Of a stretch of DNA of 64,000 bases, positions 39,382 through 47,502 are shown in pieces. The translations under genes were made by a program, and so were the position numbers. The stretch comes from Pseudomonadota bacterium. GTDB taxonomy: Bacteria; Desulfobacterota; Syntrophorhabdia; Syntrophorhabdales; Syntrophorhabdaceae. Every line of letters starts with the position of its first letter. The stretch's first letter is position 1. Below the pieces are notes generated by a model. That model ran no database searches. It was not told where the DNA came from and saw nothing but the letters and a program-made list of their open reading frames with translations. The DNA lies in assembly GCA_026388315.1 (NCBI GenBank), contig JAPLKA010000037.1, positions 34,259 to 98,258 on the forward strand. The letters run 5' to 3'.

Positions 39382-39510
39382 CTGAGTTATCGGGATTCCC
39401 TGATTATCACCGCTGCAACGAACAACCGTTGCTCAGTTTTATATACGGAAGAATTACAGGATGGGCTGGTCATCGAAAACAGCATGCAGGTCATAAACCC
39501 CTTTAAATGA
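39382..39510 (+). pseudogene. C-terminal fragment of a PIN-domain (VapC-like) toxin
   Basis: LSYRDSLIITAATNNRCSVLYTEELQDGLVIENSMQVINPFK* is a typical PIN C-terminus. No N-terminal part is present. Confidence 0.6.
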
Positions 39511-39617
39511 ACAAGTGCACTGTCCCGGTTCCTAACCTTATGAACCCTATAAACTTTTCCATTGTTGTTAATTGCTTAATAATATCAATCACATTACCTA
39601 TGCCTGAGCTCCTGCAT

Positions 39618-39725
39618 ACCCCCAAAAAATGGGGGTCACCACACATGAAACAACATCGAAGTAAATTTGCCCGCAACCCTCTCAGTAATCTCGAACGACC
39701 GTGGGGAGCGGGCGAGAGGAAAAAT
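39618..39725 (+). repeat. family B copy 3, 46 nt upstream of wbpB
   Basis: Hairpin accccc-aaaaaat-gggggt, aagtaaattt, ccctctc (39677-39683) pairing with gagagg (39714-39719), then gggcgagaggaaaaa. Confidence 0.65.
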
Positions 39726-39770
39726 TAAGTTCGAATTTTATAGAGCTAAAATAAACTCAAAGAGGACGAA

Positions 39771-40757
39771 ATGAAAAACTTTGTTTTACTGGGTGCGGCT
39801 GGATTCGTTGCACCACGCCACATGCGGGCAATAAAAGATACGGGTAACAAACTTGTTGCTGCAATGGATAAGCATGATGCGGTTGGAGTCATCGATAACT
39901 ATTTCCCTGAATCTGCTTTTTTTGTCGAGTTTGAGCGTCTTGACAGACATGTCGAAAAGCTGAGGCGCATGGGAGAAGAGAAAAAGGTTCATTATGTTAG
40001 TATAGCTTCTCCGAATTATCTTCATGATGCACATATTCGCTTTGCGCTCCGGGTAGGTGCTGACGCCATCTGCGAAAAGCCCCTTGTTCTAAACCCATGG
40101 AATATTGATGCACTGAAAGAAATTGAGAAAGAATCAGGCAAGAAGGTTAATACAGTTCTTCAGCTACGCCACCACCCTTCCATCATAGCCCTCAAGCAGA
40201 AAGTTGATGCCGTTGCACTTAGCCATTTGTCTTTAGCCTCAAACGCCCCTCGCCCAAAATATGACATTGACCTCACCTATATCACCTCCCGCGGCCGTTG
40301 GTATCTTGTGTCCTGGAAAGGCGATTTAGCAAAATCCGGTGGGTTGGCTACAAACATAGGCGTCCATTTCTTCGACATGCTCCAGTGGATATTCGGGGAT
40401 GTTCAATCAAATATCGTACATATTTCAGAACCCATGAAAGCCGCAGGATTCCTTGAATTGCAGAAGGCAAGAATAAGATGGTTTTTGTCAATAGACAGCA
40501 ATGATCTTCCCGTTTCCGCAAGGGATGCGGGCAAACCAACATATCGTTCAATAACAATTGACCAGGAAGAATTAGAATTCTCTGAAGGCTTTGCAGACCT
40601 CCATACAGTTACTTACCAAGAAATCCTGAAGGGTAATGGTTTTGGTCTGGATGATGTAAAACCTTCAATCGAAATCGCACATGAGATACGGAATGCAAAG
40701 CCAGTAGGACTTAAGGGAGAGTATCACCCGTTTTTGAAAGCCGTGGCTGGTGGATAG
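39771..40757 (+). CDS. wbpB: UDP-GlcNAcA 3-dehydrogenase-like Gfo/Idh/MocA oxidoreductase (WbpB/WlbA type)
   Basis: MKNFVLLGAAGFVAPRHMRAIKDTGN, SPNYLH, ICEKPL, LQLRHH, DLTYITSRGRWY, TNIGVHFFDML and PTYRSITI are colinear with WbpB as I recall it. Confidence 0.75.
   Translation: MKNFVLLGAAGFVAPRHMRAIKDTGNKLVAAMDKHDAVGVIDNYFPESAFFVEFERLDRHVEKLRRMGEEKKVHYVSIASPNYLHDAHIRFALRVGADAICEKPLVLNPWNIDALKEIEKESGKKVNTVLQLRHHPSIIALKQKVDAVALSHLSLASNAPRPKYDIDLTYITSRGRWYLVSWKGDLAKSGGLATNIGVHFFDMLQWIFGDVQSNIVHISEPMKAAGFLELQKARIRWFLSIDSNDLPVSARDAGKPTYRSITIDQEELEFSEGFADLHTVTYQEILKGNGFGLDDVKPSIEIAHEIRNAKPVGLKGEYHPFLKAVAGG
40212..40256 (+). repeat. in-frame 45-nt repeat island in wbpB (encodes VALSHLSLASNAPRP)
   Basis: cttagccatttg and gcccctcgccc are the same module types as those in wbpE at 43101-43254. 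The island interrupts an otherwise WbpB-colinear sequence. Confidence 0.6.
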
Positions 40758-41177
40758 TGGCTGGTGGATAGTGAAGAAATGAAAGATTTTAAAGAATTAG
40801 AGGTTTGGCAGAAAAGCGTGGATTTTGTATTAAATATTTATGAGACTTCGAAAAGCTTTCCCCATGAAGAAATGTTCAGCCTGACCAACCAGATGAGGAG
40901 ATCGGCAGTATCAATACCGTCCAATATTTCAGAGGGATTCTCAAGAAACAGCACTAAAGAATTCATACAGTTTCTCTATATAGCGCTTGGCTCATCAGCA
41001 GAATTAGAAACACAAATTTTAATCTCACATAAATTAGGATATCTCATTGATCCAACTAAACTGATCGATAACCTCACAACAATTAAGAAGATGCTGAATG
41101 CCCTCGTTTCATCATTAAAAGGAAAAATAAAACAGTCATGATTGACCAACCACCAGCCACCAGCCACCAGCCACTAT
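40754..41177 (+). mobile_element. IVS-like cassette: four-helix-bundle gene bracketed by a perfect 14-bp inverted repeat
   Basis: atagtggctggtgg (40754-40767) is the exact reverse complement of ccaccagccactat (41164-41177). Both arms sit inside longer arrays: the left is a 14-nt unit x2, the right is ccaccag x3. Confidence 0.45.
40779..41141 (+). CDS. four-helix-bundle protein (23S rRNA intervening-sequence protein / Avd-like family)
   Basis: ELEVWQKS, FPHEEMFSLTNQMRRSAVSIPSNISEGFSR and YIALGSSAELETQ. Confidence 0.9.
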   Translation: MKDFKELEVWQKSVDFVLNIYETSKSFPHEEMFSLTNQMRRSAVSIPSNISEGFSRNSTKEFIQFLYIALGSSAELETQILISHKLGYLIDPTKLIDNLTTIKKMLNALVSSLKGKIKQS

Positions 41178-41776
41178 ATTTCGTTCATGAAAGCAGCTTC
41201 ATTGATCCCGATGTCGAAATAGGAGAAGGCACGAAGATCTGGCATTTCAGCCACATTCTGAGCGGAGCGAAAATTGGCAATAACTGCATTATTGGCCAAA
41301 ACGTTTGTATAGAACGGGATGTTATCATAGGAAATAGATGTAAGATTCAAAACAACGTTTCAGTATATAAAGGTGTGACACTTAAAGATGAGGTTTTTTG
41401 TGGTCCTTCATGTGTGTTCACAAATGTCTATAACCCGCGTGCATTCATTGAACGAAAGACAGAGTTCCGGCCAACATTAGTGAAAAGAGGCGCCACTATC
41501 GGTGCCAACGCAACAATACTCTGTGGTGCCACTATAGGACGGTACGCCATGATCGGTGCTGGAGCACTCGTCAGATCTGATGTTCCCGATTACGCTATCT
41601 TCGTCGGCGTCCCTGCAAAGCAGGTAGGGTGGGCATGCAAGTGTGGAATGACAATAAAGACGGGCAAGGGGCAATGGGCAATGGGCAAGGCTTCTTCGGA
41701 CCCCTTAGTCTGTAGCTATTGTGGTAATCAGTATTGTATTGACGGTGATAGCCTAACCCCAATAATTGAAAAATAG
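41138..41776 (+). CDS. wbpD: UDP-2-acetamido-3-amino-2,3-dideoxy-glucuronate N-acetyltransferase-like (WbpD/WlbB type, hexapeptide repeat)
   Basis: IWHFSHI, CKIQNNVSVY, VFCGPSCVFTNVYNPRAFIERK, GATIGANATILCG and VGVPAKQVGW. The first 12 codons are encoded by the repeat arm. Confidence 0.75.
   Translation: MIDQPPATSHQPLYFVHESSFIDPDVEIGEGTKIWHFSHILSGAKIGNNCIIGQNVCIERDVIIGNRCKIQNNVSVYKGVTLKDEVFCGPSCVFTNVYNPRAFIERKTEFRPTLVKRGATIGANATILCGATIGRYAMIGAGALVRSDVPDYAIFVGVPAKQVGWACKCGMTIKTGKGQWAMGKASSDPLVCSYCGNQYCIDGDSLTPIIEK
41662..41692 (+). repeat. in-frame G-rich repeat island in the wbpD C-terminal zinc-ribbon loop
   Basis: gggcaaggggcaatgggcaatgggcaagg. Bases 41663-41679 are complementary to 42208-42224 (16 of 17). 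Confidence 0.7.
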
Positions 41777-41808
41777 AAAGCAAGCGGTAGATAATAGACA
41801 AAGGTAAA

Positions 41809-42177
41809 ATGGGAAAAGAAGGGTTTAAGGAGTTGAAGGTTTGGGAAAAAGCTAAAGATTTAGCTGTGGATATCTATAAACTTACGATGCAGGGGGAAAT
41901 AAGTAAAGATTTTGGCTTACGTGACCAGATTCGACGCAGTGCGGTAAGCATCGCAAGTAACATTGCTGAGGGTGATGAACGAGATACGGATAAGGAGTCT
42001 GTCAGATTCTTTTACATTGCTAAAGGATCTCTTGCAGAACTGCAGACACAAATGCAGATTGCCTGTGAAATAGGATATTGCAGTATAAGTATTTACGATG
42101 GAATCGATTTGAAATGCATAGAATTGGGTAAAATGATCGGTAAGCTAATAAAAGCCCGTCAAGAGACGAGGATATAA
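41809..42177 (+). CDS. four-helix-bundle protein (23S rRNA IVS protein / Avd-like family), second copy
   Basis: ELKVWEKA, GLRDQIRRSAVSIASNIAEG and YIAKGSLAELQTQ. Confidence 0.9.
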   Translation: MGKEGFKELKVWEKAKDLAVDIYKLTMQGEISKDFGLRDQIRRSAVSIASNIAEGDERDTDKESVRFFYIAKGSLAELQTQMQIACEIGYCSISIYDGIDLKCIELGKMIGKLIKARQETRI

Positions 42178-42194
42178 ACATGAACTTTATCCTT

Positions 42195-42224
42195 CCTATA
42201 GCCTATAGCCCATTGCCCCATGCC
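42195..42224 (+). repeat. C-rich repeat arm (cctatag x2 + cccattgcccc) downstream of the second four-helix-bundle gene
   Basis: A 23-nt identity with 54404-54426, and complementarity to 41663-41679. Confidence 0.7.
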
Positions 42225-42234
42225 AGGTGAATAA

Positions 42235-43503
42235 ATGAAAATTCCCATGCTCGATCTTAAACTCGAATACGAATACATGAAAGCTGATATTGATGCTGCC
42301 ATTGCCCGTTGCCTTGAGCATCAGCATTGGATTCTTGGTCCTGAAGTAAAGGAATTTGAAGACAAAGTTTCAGATTATCTTGGTGTTAAATACTGCATAG
42401 GTACTTCATCGGGCACCGACGCTCTTGTCCTTGCCCTCCGCGCTCTAGCAATTAAAACGAAAGGCCAGGAATATTTTGACCGCTCCGATTTGATCATCAC
42501 CACTCCATTTACTTTTACTGCCACTGGCGATGCTATCCTCCGCGCTGGCGCCACCCCCTTTTTCGTCGACATCGACCCCATCACCTATAACCTCGATCCA
42601 AATCAAATTAGAGAGTATTTAACTCAAAACTCAAAACTCAAAACTCAAAACTCCACCCACGTAGTGGGTGTCGTGCCGGTTCATTTATATGGTCAATCTT
42701 GCCAGGTGGATAAAATCATGAGTATCGCCAGCGAGCATAGCCTATTTGTTGTTGAAGACTGTGCCCAGGCGTTTGGGGCTGCCCGGGGAGGCAAGAGGCT
42801 CGGGGCAATAGGCGATGCAGGCGCTTTCAGTTTTTTTCCAAGTAAGAACCTCGGTGGGTTCGGTGATGCAGGGATGGTATCAACCAATGATGATGAACTT
42901 GCCGATCTTATCCGTATGCTCATCAAACATGGTGGTAAAGACAAATATAATGTTGACCACGTCGGCTACAATGCTCGTATGGATACCCTACAAGCAGCGG
43001 TCCTCCTTGCAAAGCTCCCCTACATAGATGAATTCAACTCCCGCCGCCAACGTATTGCTTCTATATATAATGAAGGTCTAAAGGACCTTCCCGGTCTTAT
43101 CTTGCCCTTAGCCCTTAGCCATTTGCCACAGGCCGGGGTTGATTCACCCATAGCCCATAGCCCATCACCTGCTTTCGCTCATGTTTATCACCAATACACG
43201 CTCCGCGTCCTCAGCGGTTCTTCATCTCTTGCCCCTCGCCCATCGCCCCTTGCCAATAGTTTTTCATCCACCAACAGGGACACGCTCCAGCGCTACCTGA
43301 AAGACGCTGGCATCGATAGCATGGTTTACTACCCTGTGCCTTTACATAAGATGAAGGTTTTTGGCGGAAGATGCATGGTTTATGACGAATTAATGGAAGC
43401 CGAAAAAGGAGCGCAGGAGGTCTTGAGTTTGCCTATTGAACCCTTACAAAGCGAAGATGTTATTCTCCATATAGCGGAGACCACTAAAGAGTTTTTCATA
43501 TAA
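42235..43503 (+). CDS. wbpE: UDP-2-acetamido-2-deoxy-3-oxo-glucuronate aminotransferase-like (WbpE/WlbC type, DegT family)
   Basis: ILGPEVKEFE, SGTDAL, VDIDPITYNLDP, VEDCAQAFGA, FSFFPSKNLGGFGDAG, GYNARMDTLQAAVL and HVYHQYTLRV. It carries three in-frame repeat islands. Confidence 0.75.
   Translation: MKIPMLDLKLEYEYMKADIDAAIARCLEHQHWILGPEVKEFEDKVSDYLGVKYCIGTSSGTDALVLALRALAIKTKGQEYFDRSDLIITTPFTFTATGDAILRAGATPFFVDIDPITYNLDPNQIREYLTQNSKLKTQNSTHVVGVVPVHLYGQSCQVDKIMSIASEHSLFVVEDCAQAFGAARGGKRLGAIGDAGAFSFFPSKNLGGFGDAGMVSTNDDELADLIRMLIKHGGKDKYNVDHVGYNARMDTLQAAVLLAKLPYIDEFNSRRQRIASIYNEGLKDLPGLILPLALSHLPQAGVDSPIAHSPSPAFAHVYHQYTLRVLSGSSSLAPRPSPLANSFSSTNRDTLQRYLKDAGIDSMVYYPVPLHKMKVFGGRCMVYDELMEAEKGAQEVLSLPIEPLQSEDVILHIAETTKEFFI
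42621..42653 (+). repeat. AACTCAA heptamer x4.5, in-frame in wbpE
   Basis: aactcaaaactcaaaactcaaaactcaaaactc encodes NSKLKTQNS. Confidence 0.9.
43101..43172 (+). repeat. mosaic repeat island in wbpE (cttagcc, catagcc types)
   Basis: cttgcccttagcccttagccatttgcc ... cacccatagcccatagcccatcacc encodes LALSHLPQAGVDSPIAHSPSP. Confidence 0.8.
43228..43254 (+). repeat. repeat island in wbpE (cctcgcc, catcgcc types)
   Basis: cttgcccctcgcccatcgccccttgcc encodes LAPRPSPLA, between the conserved HQYTLRV and NRD blocks. Confidence 0.8.
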
Positions 43504-43634
43504 TATGCAACCATACAAGCTATGGACAAACAGTATTTAAAAGAAATAAATAGTTTTTAATTTTATAAAAAAATCTGCTCGCTATGAGCCATCAGCTATT
43601 TCTGCAAGCCTGACCCCGATGGTATCCCGTTTAT

Positions 43635-46046
43635 ATGGAATTATCCATAAAACATAGAAGGACTCAAATTTATAGGTTTATCTGTGTGGCTGCTTGCCTT
43701 TTTCTTAACTCAATATTTTTATTAAGTTGTTCCACAGCCAAAGGAGCAATTAATGAAAATGCTTTTGATGAGCAGAATCTTGTTATGAATGGAGATGTAG
43801 AGGTTTTTGATAAAGGGGAACCTATCGGTTGGAAATATAATTCAGCATTTCCTCTTCAGAATCAGGAAAATTGTTCGGTTGGTTCCCCCGGCTTTCAGAG
43901 CGACCATGCGCTGATTATGTCCCTGAGAGGGTTGAATGCTCAAGCCGGATGGAATGGACTCCTGCACAACATTAAACCCCATGCAAAATATGTCCTTTCC
44001 TTTTGGTACCGTCTTCCCGAGAAGGGCGAAATGGAGGTAAATGTTTTTGGGAAACGTCTATCTGTAACGAAGATGTTCAGATATAATCCAATGCACTGGC
44101 TTCGTTATTCAGCGATAGTTGATTCGGGTGATACTGTCGGGGATGCCAAAATTGTTTTTGTGCCACTAAAGGGAACCGGACCATTCATGTTCTGGGTAGA
44201 TCAGGTTGAACTTTACGAAGGTGAATCTGCAATTGGTAAGAATTGTGCCCGTTTGGAGTACCAATATTATAATGTGGCATATGTTTCGCAGGATGTTGTA
44301 TCACCGCTTCCTTTTGCCTTTGAATGGACTTTTGATGTTGACAAAAAGCCAGGAGAGATTCAATACGTTGTTGAGCTTCCATCTGAAGTGGAGCTTGTGA
44401 ATGTTGCGCTGGGAAGGATGTGCAAGTGGCCCAAAGATGGATGGAAGGGAACGTGGACACGTCCGGATTACTCCAGTAAAGTGGAAACGCAACAAATAAC
44501 CGTGAATGACAAACCATACATCAGAGTCATCGCTCATGTTCCGTATGTCAAAGGCGACGAGAAACAATTTACGAATTACGTTGTTCCCGTGGGTATTCGT
44601 GATTACTGGGGGGAGACTCCGGGACGTTATTCGGGAATGGTTTCCATGACTATGTATGTACGAGCCAGGGCGTCAAAAGGATCATTCCCATTTTACTATT
44701 ATGCAAAGTGGGATAACGGTCAGGAAAAACTGAAAAAGCTTAACATGGAAATCACCGATATAAAAAAGGTGAAACAACCGGAGAAATTGCTGCTTATCTC
44801 GGATGTCCAGATGCAGGCAGGGGATAAAAACCCTGCGTTAGGAGAAGATTTCAGACATATCGGTCTTAACGGTATAGGCAACCTCGATATGCAAGGCGGC
44901 AATGAAACCCTCAAAGGGAAAATAGAAGCTTTACGAAAAAACGGGATGAAATACTTCAGCAACTGGATGAACATCGCTTCATATGGCGCTTCCGATGAAA
45001 AAGCAAAGGCTATGGACATAAACGGAAAAAGAACAGGTGAAGCTGGATGGTGCTTATCATACCGTGGACCTGACTGGACCAAAAAGATGGTGGAATATAA
45101 GAAGAAGCTGGGGACGGGGATCAATTTTTTTGCGTTTGATGATGCAAGCCCCGGTATGTGTTATTGTGATAAATGTAAGCACACCTTTGAGGAATTTTTT
45201 AGAAAGCATTCAAAGTTGCCGTACATTGACCCTGCAATATTTATGAAACAAGGCTGGGGAGGCAATGCAGAATACAAAATATTGTGGAATGACTTTGTTT
45301 TGTGGCACTATGGTAAAACCGCTCAGGATATGAAGGATGAGCTTGTTCAGCATGCAAAAAGAAAAAAGCTGAATGCTGATATTTTGTTTGGTGTGAGCTC
45401 GTGGCTTCCCTTTGATAAGGATTTCGCGGCAGAAACCATTAAAGCTTTTGATTTTGACATAAGGCAGACGTACATTAATTGGGCAGAATCCGGGTTTGGA
45501 GGTTCCCCAAAGCTCGTTGGGGATTCTCTCTACCATTCTCAAATGAAACTTGGAAATAATGCTTTACCTCTCGCCCCGACACTATCTCCCGGCCTGACCT
45601 ACATGCATCCCGCATGTGCCCTTGACCCCTATAGCCAAATGAAATACCAGATTATGGAAGCGATGATGGCGCCGAAATTTGCGGGATACTATATATATGA
45701 CGGGAAGGATATTGATCTCGGCGATATGAAATATATGGCAGAAGCAAACGCATTGATGGTTCGGTTTGAGAAAATCATAAGGAATGGGAAGGCGGAAAAG
45801 CCGATCGGGATCGACAGATGGTCCGGCGTTCGTATAAAAACATCAGGGGAAGAAGGATTGGTCCTTGTTTCCGATTACTCAACCTATGAGCCGGTGGGGA
45901 AAGGCATTTCGTTTTCTTCGCCAATATTATCAGGGCATACGTTAATTGATGTCGAAACAAATGAAACGATAAAGCCCATAAATGGCATATATAGCGTAAA
46001 AATAAGTGAAACCCGTGCCCGGTTATTCCATTTCGGCAAACCCTGA
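43635..46046 (+). CDS. exported lipoprotein with CBM4/9-like N-terminal domain and glycosidase-like (GHL-type TIM barrel) C-terminal region
   Basis: Lipobox FLLSC|S. N-terminal NLVMNGDVE...WVDQVELYEG jelly-roll pattern. FFAFDDASPGMCYCDKCKHTFEEFF resembles the CxCxxC motif of the next large gene. The function call is weak. Confidence 0.5.
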   Translation: MELSIKHRRTQIYRFICVAACLFLNSIFLLSCSTAKGAINENAFDEQNLVMNGDVEVFDKGEPIGWKYNSAFPLQNQENCSVGSPGFQSDHALIMSLRGLNAQAGWNGLLHNIKPHAKYVLSFWYRLPEKGEMEVNVFGKRLSVTKMFRYNPMHWLRYSAIVDSGDTVGDAKIVFVPLKGTGPFMFWVDQVELYEGESAIGKNCARLEYQYYNVAYVSQDVVSPLPFAFEWTFDVDKKPGEIQYVVELPSEVELVNVALGRMCKWPKDGWKGTWTRPDYSSKVETQQITVNDKPYIRVIAHVPYVKGDEKQFTNYVVPVGIRDYWGETPGRYSGMVSMTMYVRARASKGSFPFYYYAKWDNGQEKLKKLNMEITDIKKVKQPEKLLLISDVQMQAGDKNPALGEDFRHIGLNGIGNLDMQGGNETLKGKIEALRKNGMKYFSNWMNIASYGASDEKAKAMDINGKRTGEAGWCLSYRGPDWTKKMVEYKKKLGTGINFFAFDDASPGMCYCDKCKHTFEEFFRKHSKLPYIDPAIFMKQGWGGNAEYKILWNDFVLWHYGKTAQDMKDELVQHAKRKKLNADILFGVSSWLPFDKDFAAETIKAFDFDIRQTYINWAESGFGGSPKLVGDSLYHSQMKLGNNALPLAPTLSPGLTYMHPACALDPYSQMKYQIMEAMMAPKFAGYYIYDGKDIDLGDMKYMAEANALMVRFEKIIRNGKAEKPIGIDRWSGVRIKTSGEEGLVLVSDYSTYEPVGKGISFSSPILSGHTLIDVETNETIKPINGIYSVKISETRARLFHFGKP

Positions 46047-46116
46047 TAGCAATGCACAAAGGTTACTATTTACCTCTTCAAACCGCAGATAATCTTTTAT
46101 GTAACATGGATAAAGG

Positions 46117-46254
46117 CGGATAAGAGCGGATGTAAGATTTTGCATATATTTAGCTACCCGAAGGGTATGCTGTTTGGGCAGAATTTGTGATGTATCCATA
46201 ATTCTGACCAAAATCGGTATGCTTTCATCCGTGTGTATCCGATGTTATCCCTGT
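46117..46254 (-). mobile_element. family A IR-bounded module (MITE-like or invertible), inverted orientation
   Basis: ggataagagcggat (46117-46130) and atccgatgttatcc (46241-46254) are imperfect inverted repeats. The core 46138-46213 is the reverse complement of 47542-47616 at about 90% identity. Confidence 0.45.
46174..46202 (+). promoter_or_regulatory. sigma70-like promoter candidate inside the module, facing the aminotransferase gene
   Basis: TTGGGC, then 17 nt, then CATAAT, about 85 nt upstream of ATG 46287. The same sequence in the copies at 47542-47616 and 8907-8975 faces the opposite way. Confidence 0.3.
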
Positions 46255-46286
46255 TAAAAGAAGATTTTTCATTTACGTAAACAGCT

Positions 46287-47465
46287 ATGCACAAAGATTA
46301 TAAAGCCAATATTAAACATTATCTCGACCCGGAAAGTAGTGTGTTCCTCTTCTGGAAAGGCCGCGTTGCCTTGTATGCCATATTGCGAGCTCTCGGGATC
46401 AAAGAGGGCGATGAGGTTATACTGCCCGCGTTGACCTGTGTGGTTGTGCCTAATGCAATTATGTATATCGGCGCAAAACCCGTATATGTTGATGTTGATC
46501 CACGAACCTACAATATGGACCCCGCCAAGATTGAGGACAAGATTACTAAAAGAACAAAGGTAATCCTGGCCCAGAATACCTTTGGGCTTTCTTCCGACTT
46601 GGATGAAATCTGCGGTGTTGCACGGAAACATGGGCTCCGTGTTGTTGAGGACTGTGCGCACGGCTTTGGTGGTAACTATAAAGGCCGGCCAAACGGAACG
46701 ATTGTAGATGCGGCATTCTTTTCCACCCAGTGGAATAAGCCATTTTCCACTGGGATTGGCGGTTTCGCGGTGACAAGGAATCCAGAGCTTTCCCTGAGGT
46801 TGTCTGAGCTGGAAAAACAGGCCGCCCTCCCCTCTTTTGCCGAGACATTAATGTTGAAAATGCAACTTATTGCAAAGGACTATTTCCTCAACCAGACAAC
46901 ATACTGGACTGCCATAACTACATACCGGTTTTTAAGCCGGCATAACGTTGTAGTTGGGTCTTCGCAAGGCGAGGAACTGAAAAGCCCCCGAATGCCGAAG
47001 GGGTTTCTAAAAGGCCTGTCTGCCATCCAGGCTGCCCGGGGCATAAAAGAACTCAAACGTTTTGACTCGAATCTCAACCACAGAAAAGCGATTGCACAGT
47101 TGTATAAAAACATCCTCGGGGACCTGGGTATCGAAGTACCGTTTGAGCCTGATTATGCGGAGCATATCTTTACAAAGTTTCCCCTTTTGGTGAAAGATCG
47201 GGAGAAGTTTCTCGCAGACGCGGGAAAAAGCAAGATCGAGATTGGAGACTGGTTTCTATCTCCTATCCACCCGGTTACAGATGATGTCCATCGCTGGCAT
47301 TATCATTATGGCGAAAACCCCATTGCGGAAAAACTCAGTGCGCATCTTGTAAACCTGCACACGCATACAAAGATAGACAAGTATTATGTGGAAAAAATTG
47401 AGAGCTTTTTAAGAAGAAATCGGAATAATATCTTTGAATCCAGCGAACAATGCCTGAATTATTAG
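46287..47465 (+). CDS. DegT/DnrJ/EryC1/StrS-family aminotransferase
   Basis: FLFWKGRVALYAILRALGIKEGDEVILPALTC, VYVDVDPRTYNMDP and VEDCAHGFGG. Confidence 0.8.
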   Translation: MHKDYKANIKHYLDPESSVFLFWKGRVALYAILRALGIKEGDEVILPALTCVVVPNAIMYIGAKPVYVDVDPRTYNMDPAKIEDKITKRTKVILAQNTFGLSSDLDEICGVARKHGLRVVEDCAHGFGGNYKGRPNGTIVDAAFFSTQWNKPFSTGIGGFAVTRNPELSLRLSELEKQAALPSFAETLMLKMQLIAKDYFLNQTTYWTAITTYRFLSRHNVVVGSSQGEELKSPRMPKGFLKGLSAIQAARGIKELKRFDSNLNHRKAIAQLYKNILGDLGIEVPFEPDYAEHIFTKFPLLVKDREKFLADAGKSKIEIGDWFLSPIHPVTDDVHRWHYHYGENPIAEKLSAHLVNLHTHTKIDKYYVEKIESFLRRNRNNIFESSEQCLNY

Positions 47466-47502
47466 GAAAGTAGACTCATTAAAAAAATCTTTGTTTTAAC
47501 AA

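Noticed and set aside
41786-41795. ops/JUMPstart-like GCGGTAG between wbpD and the second four-helix-bundle gene
   Set aside because: It is only a 7-nt partial match to GGCGGTAGCGTG. It has no flanking JUMPstart context and occurs only once.
40779-42177. Diversity-generating retroelement, because the four-helix-bundle proteins belong to the Avd-like family
   Set aside because: No reverse transcriptase ORF is in the window, and I could not find a template/variable repeat pair with adenine-specific differences.
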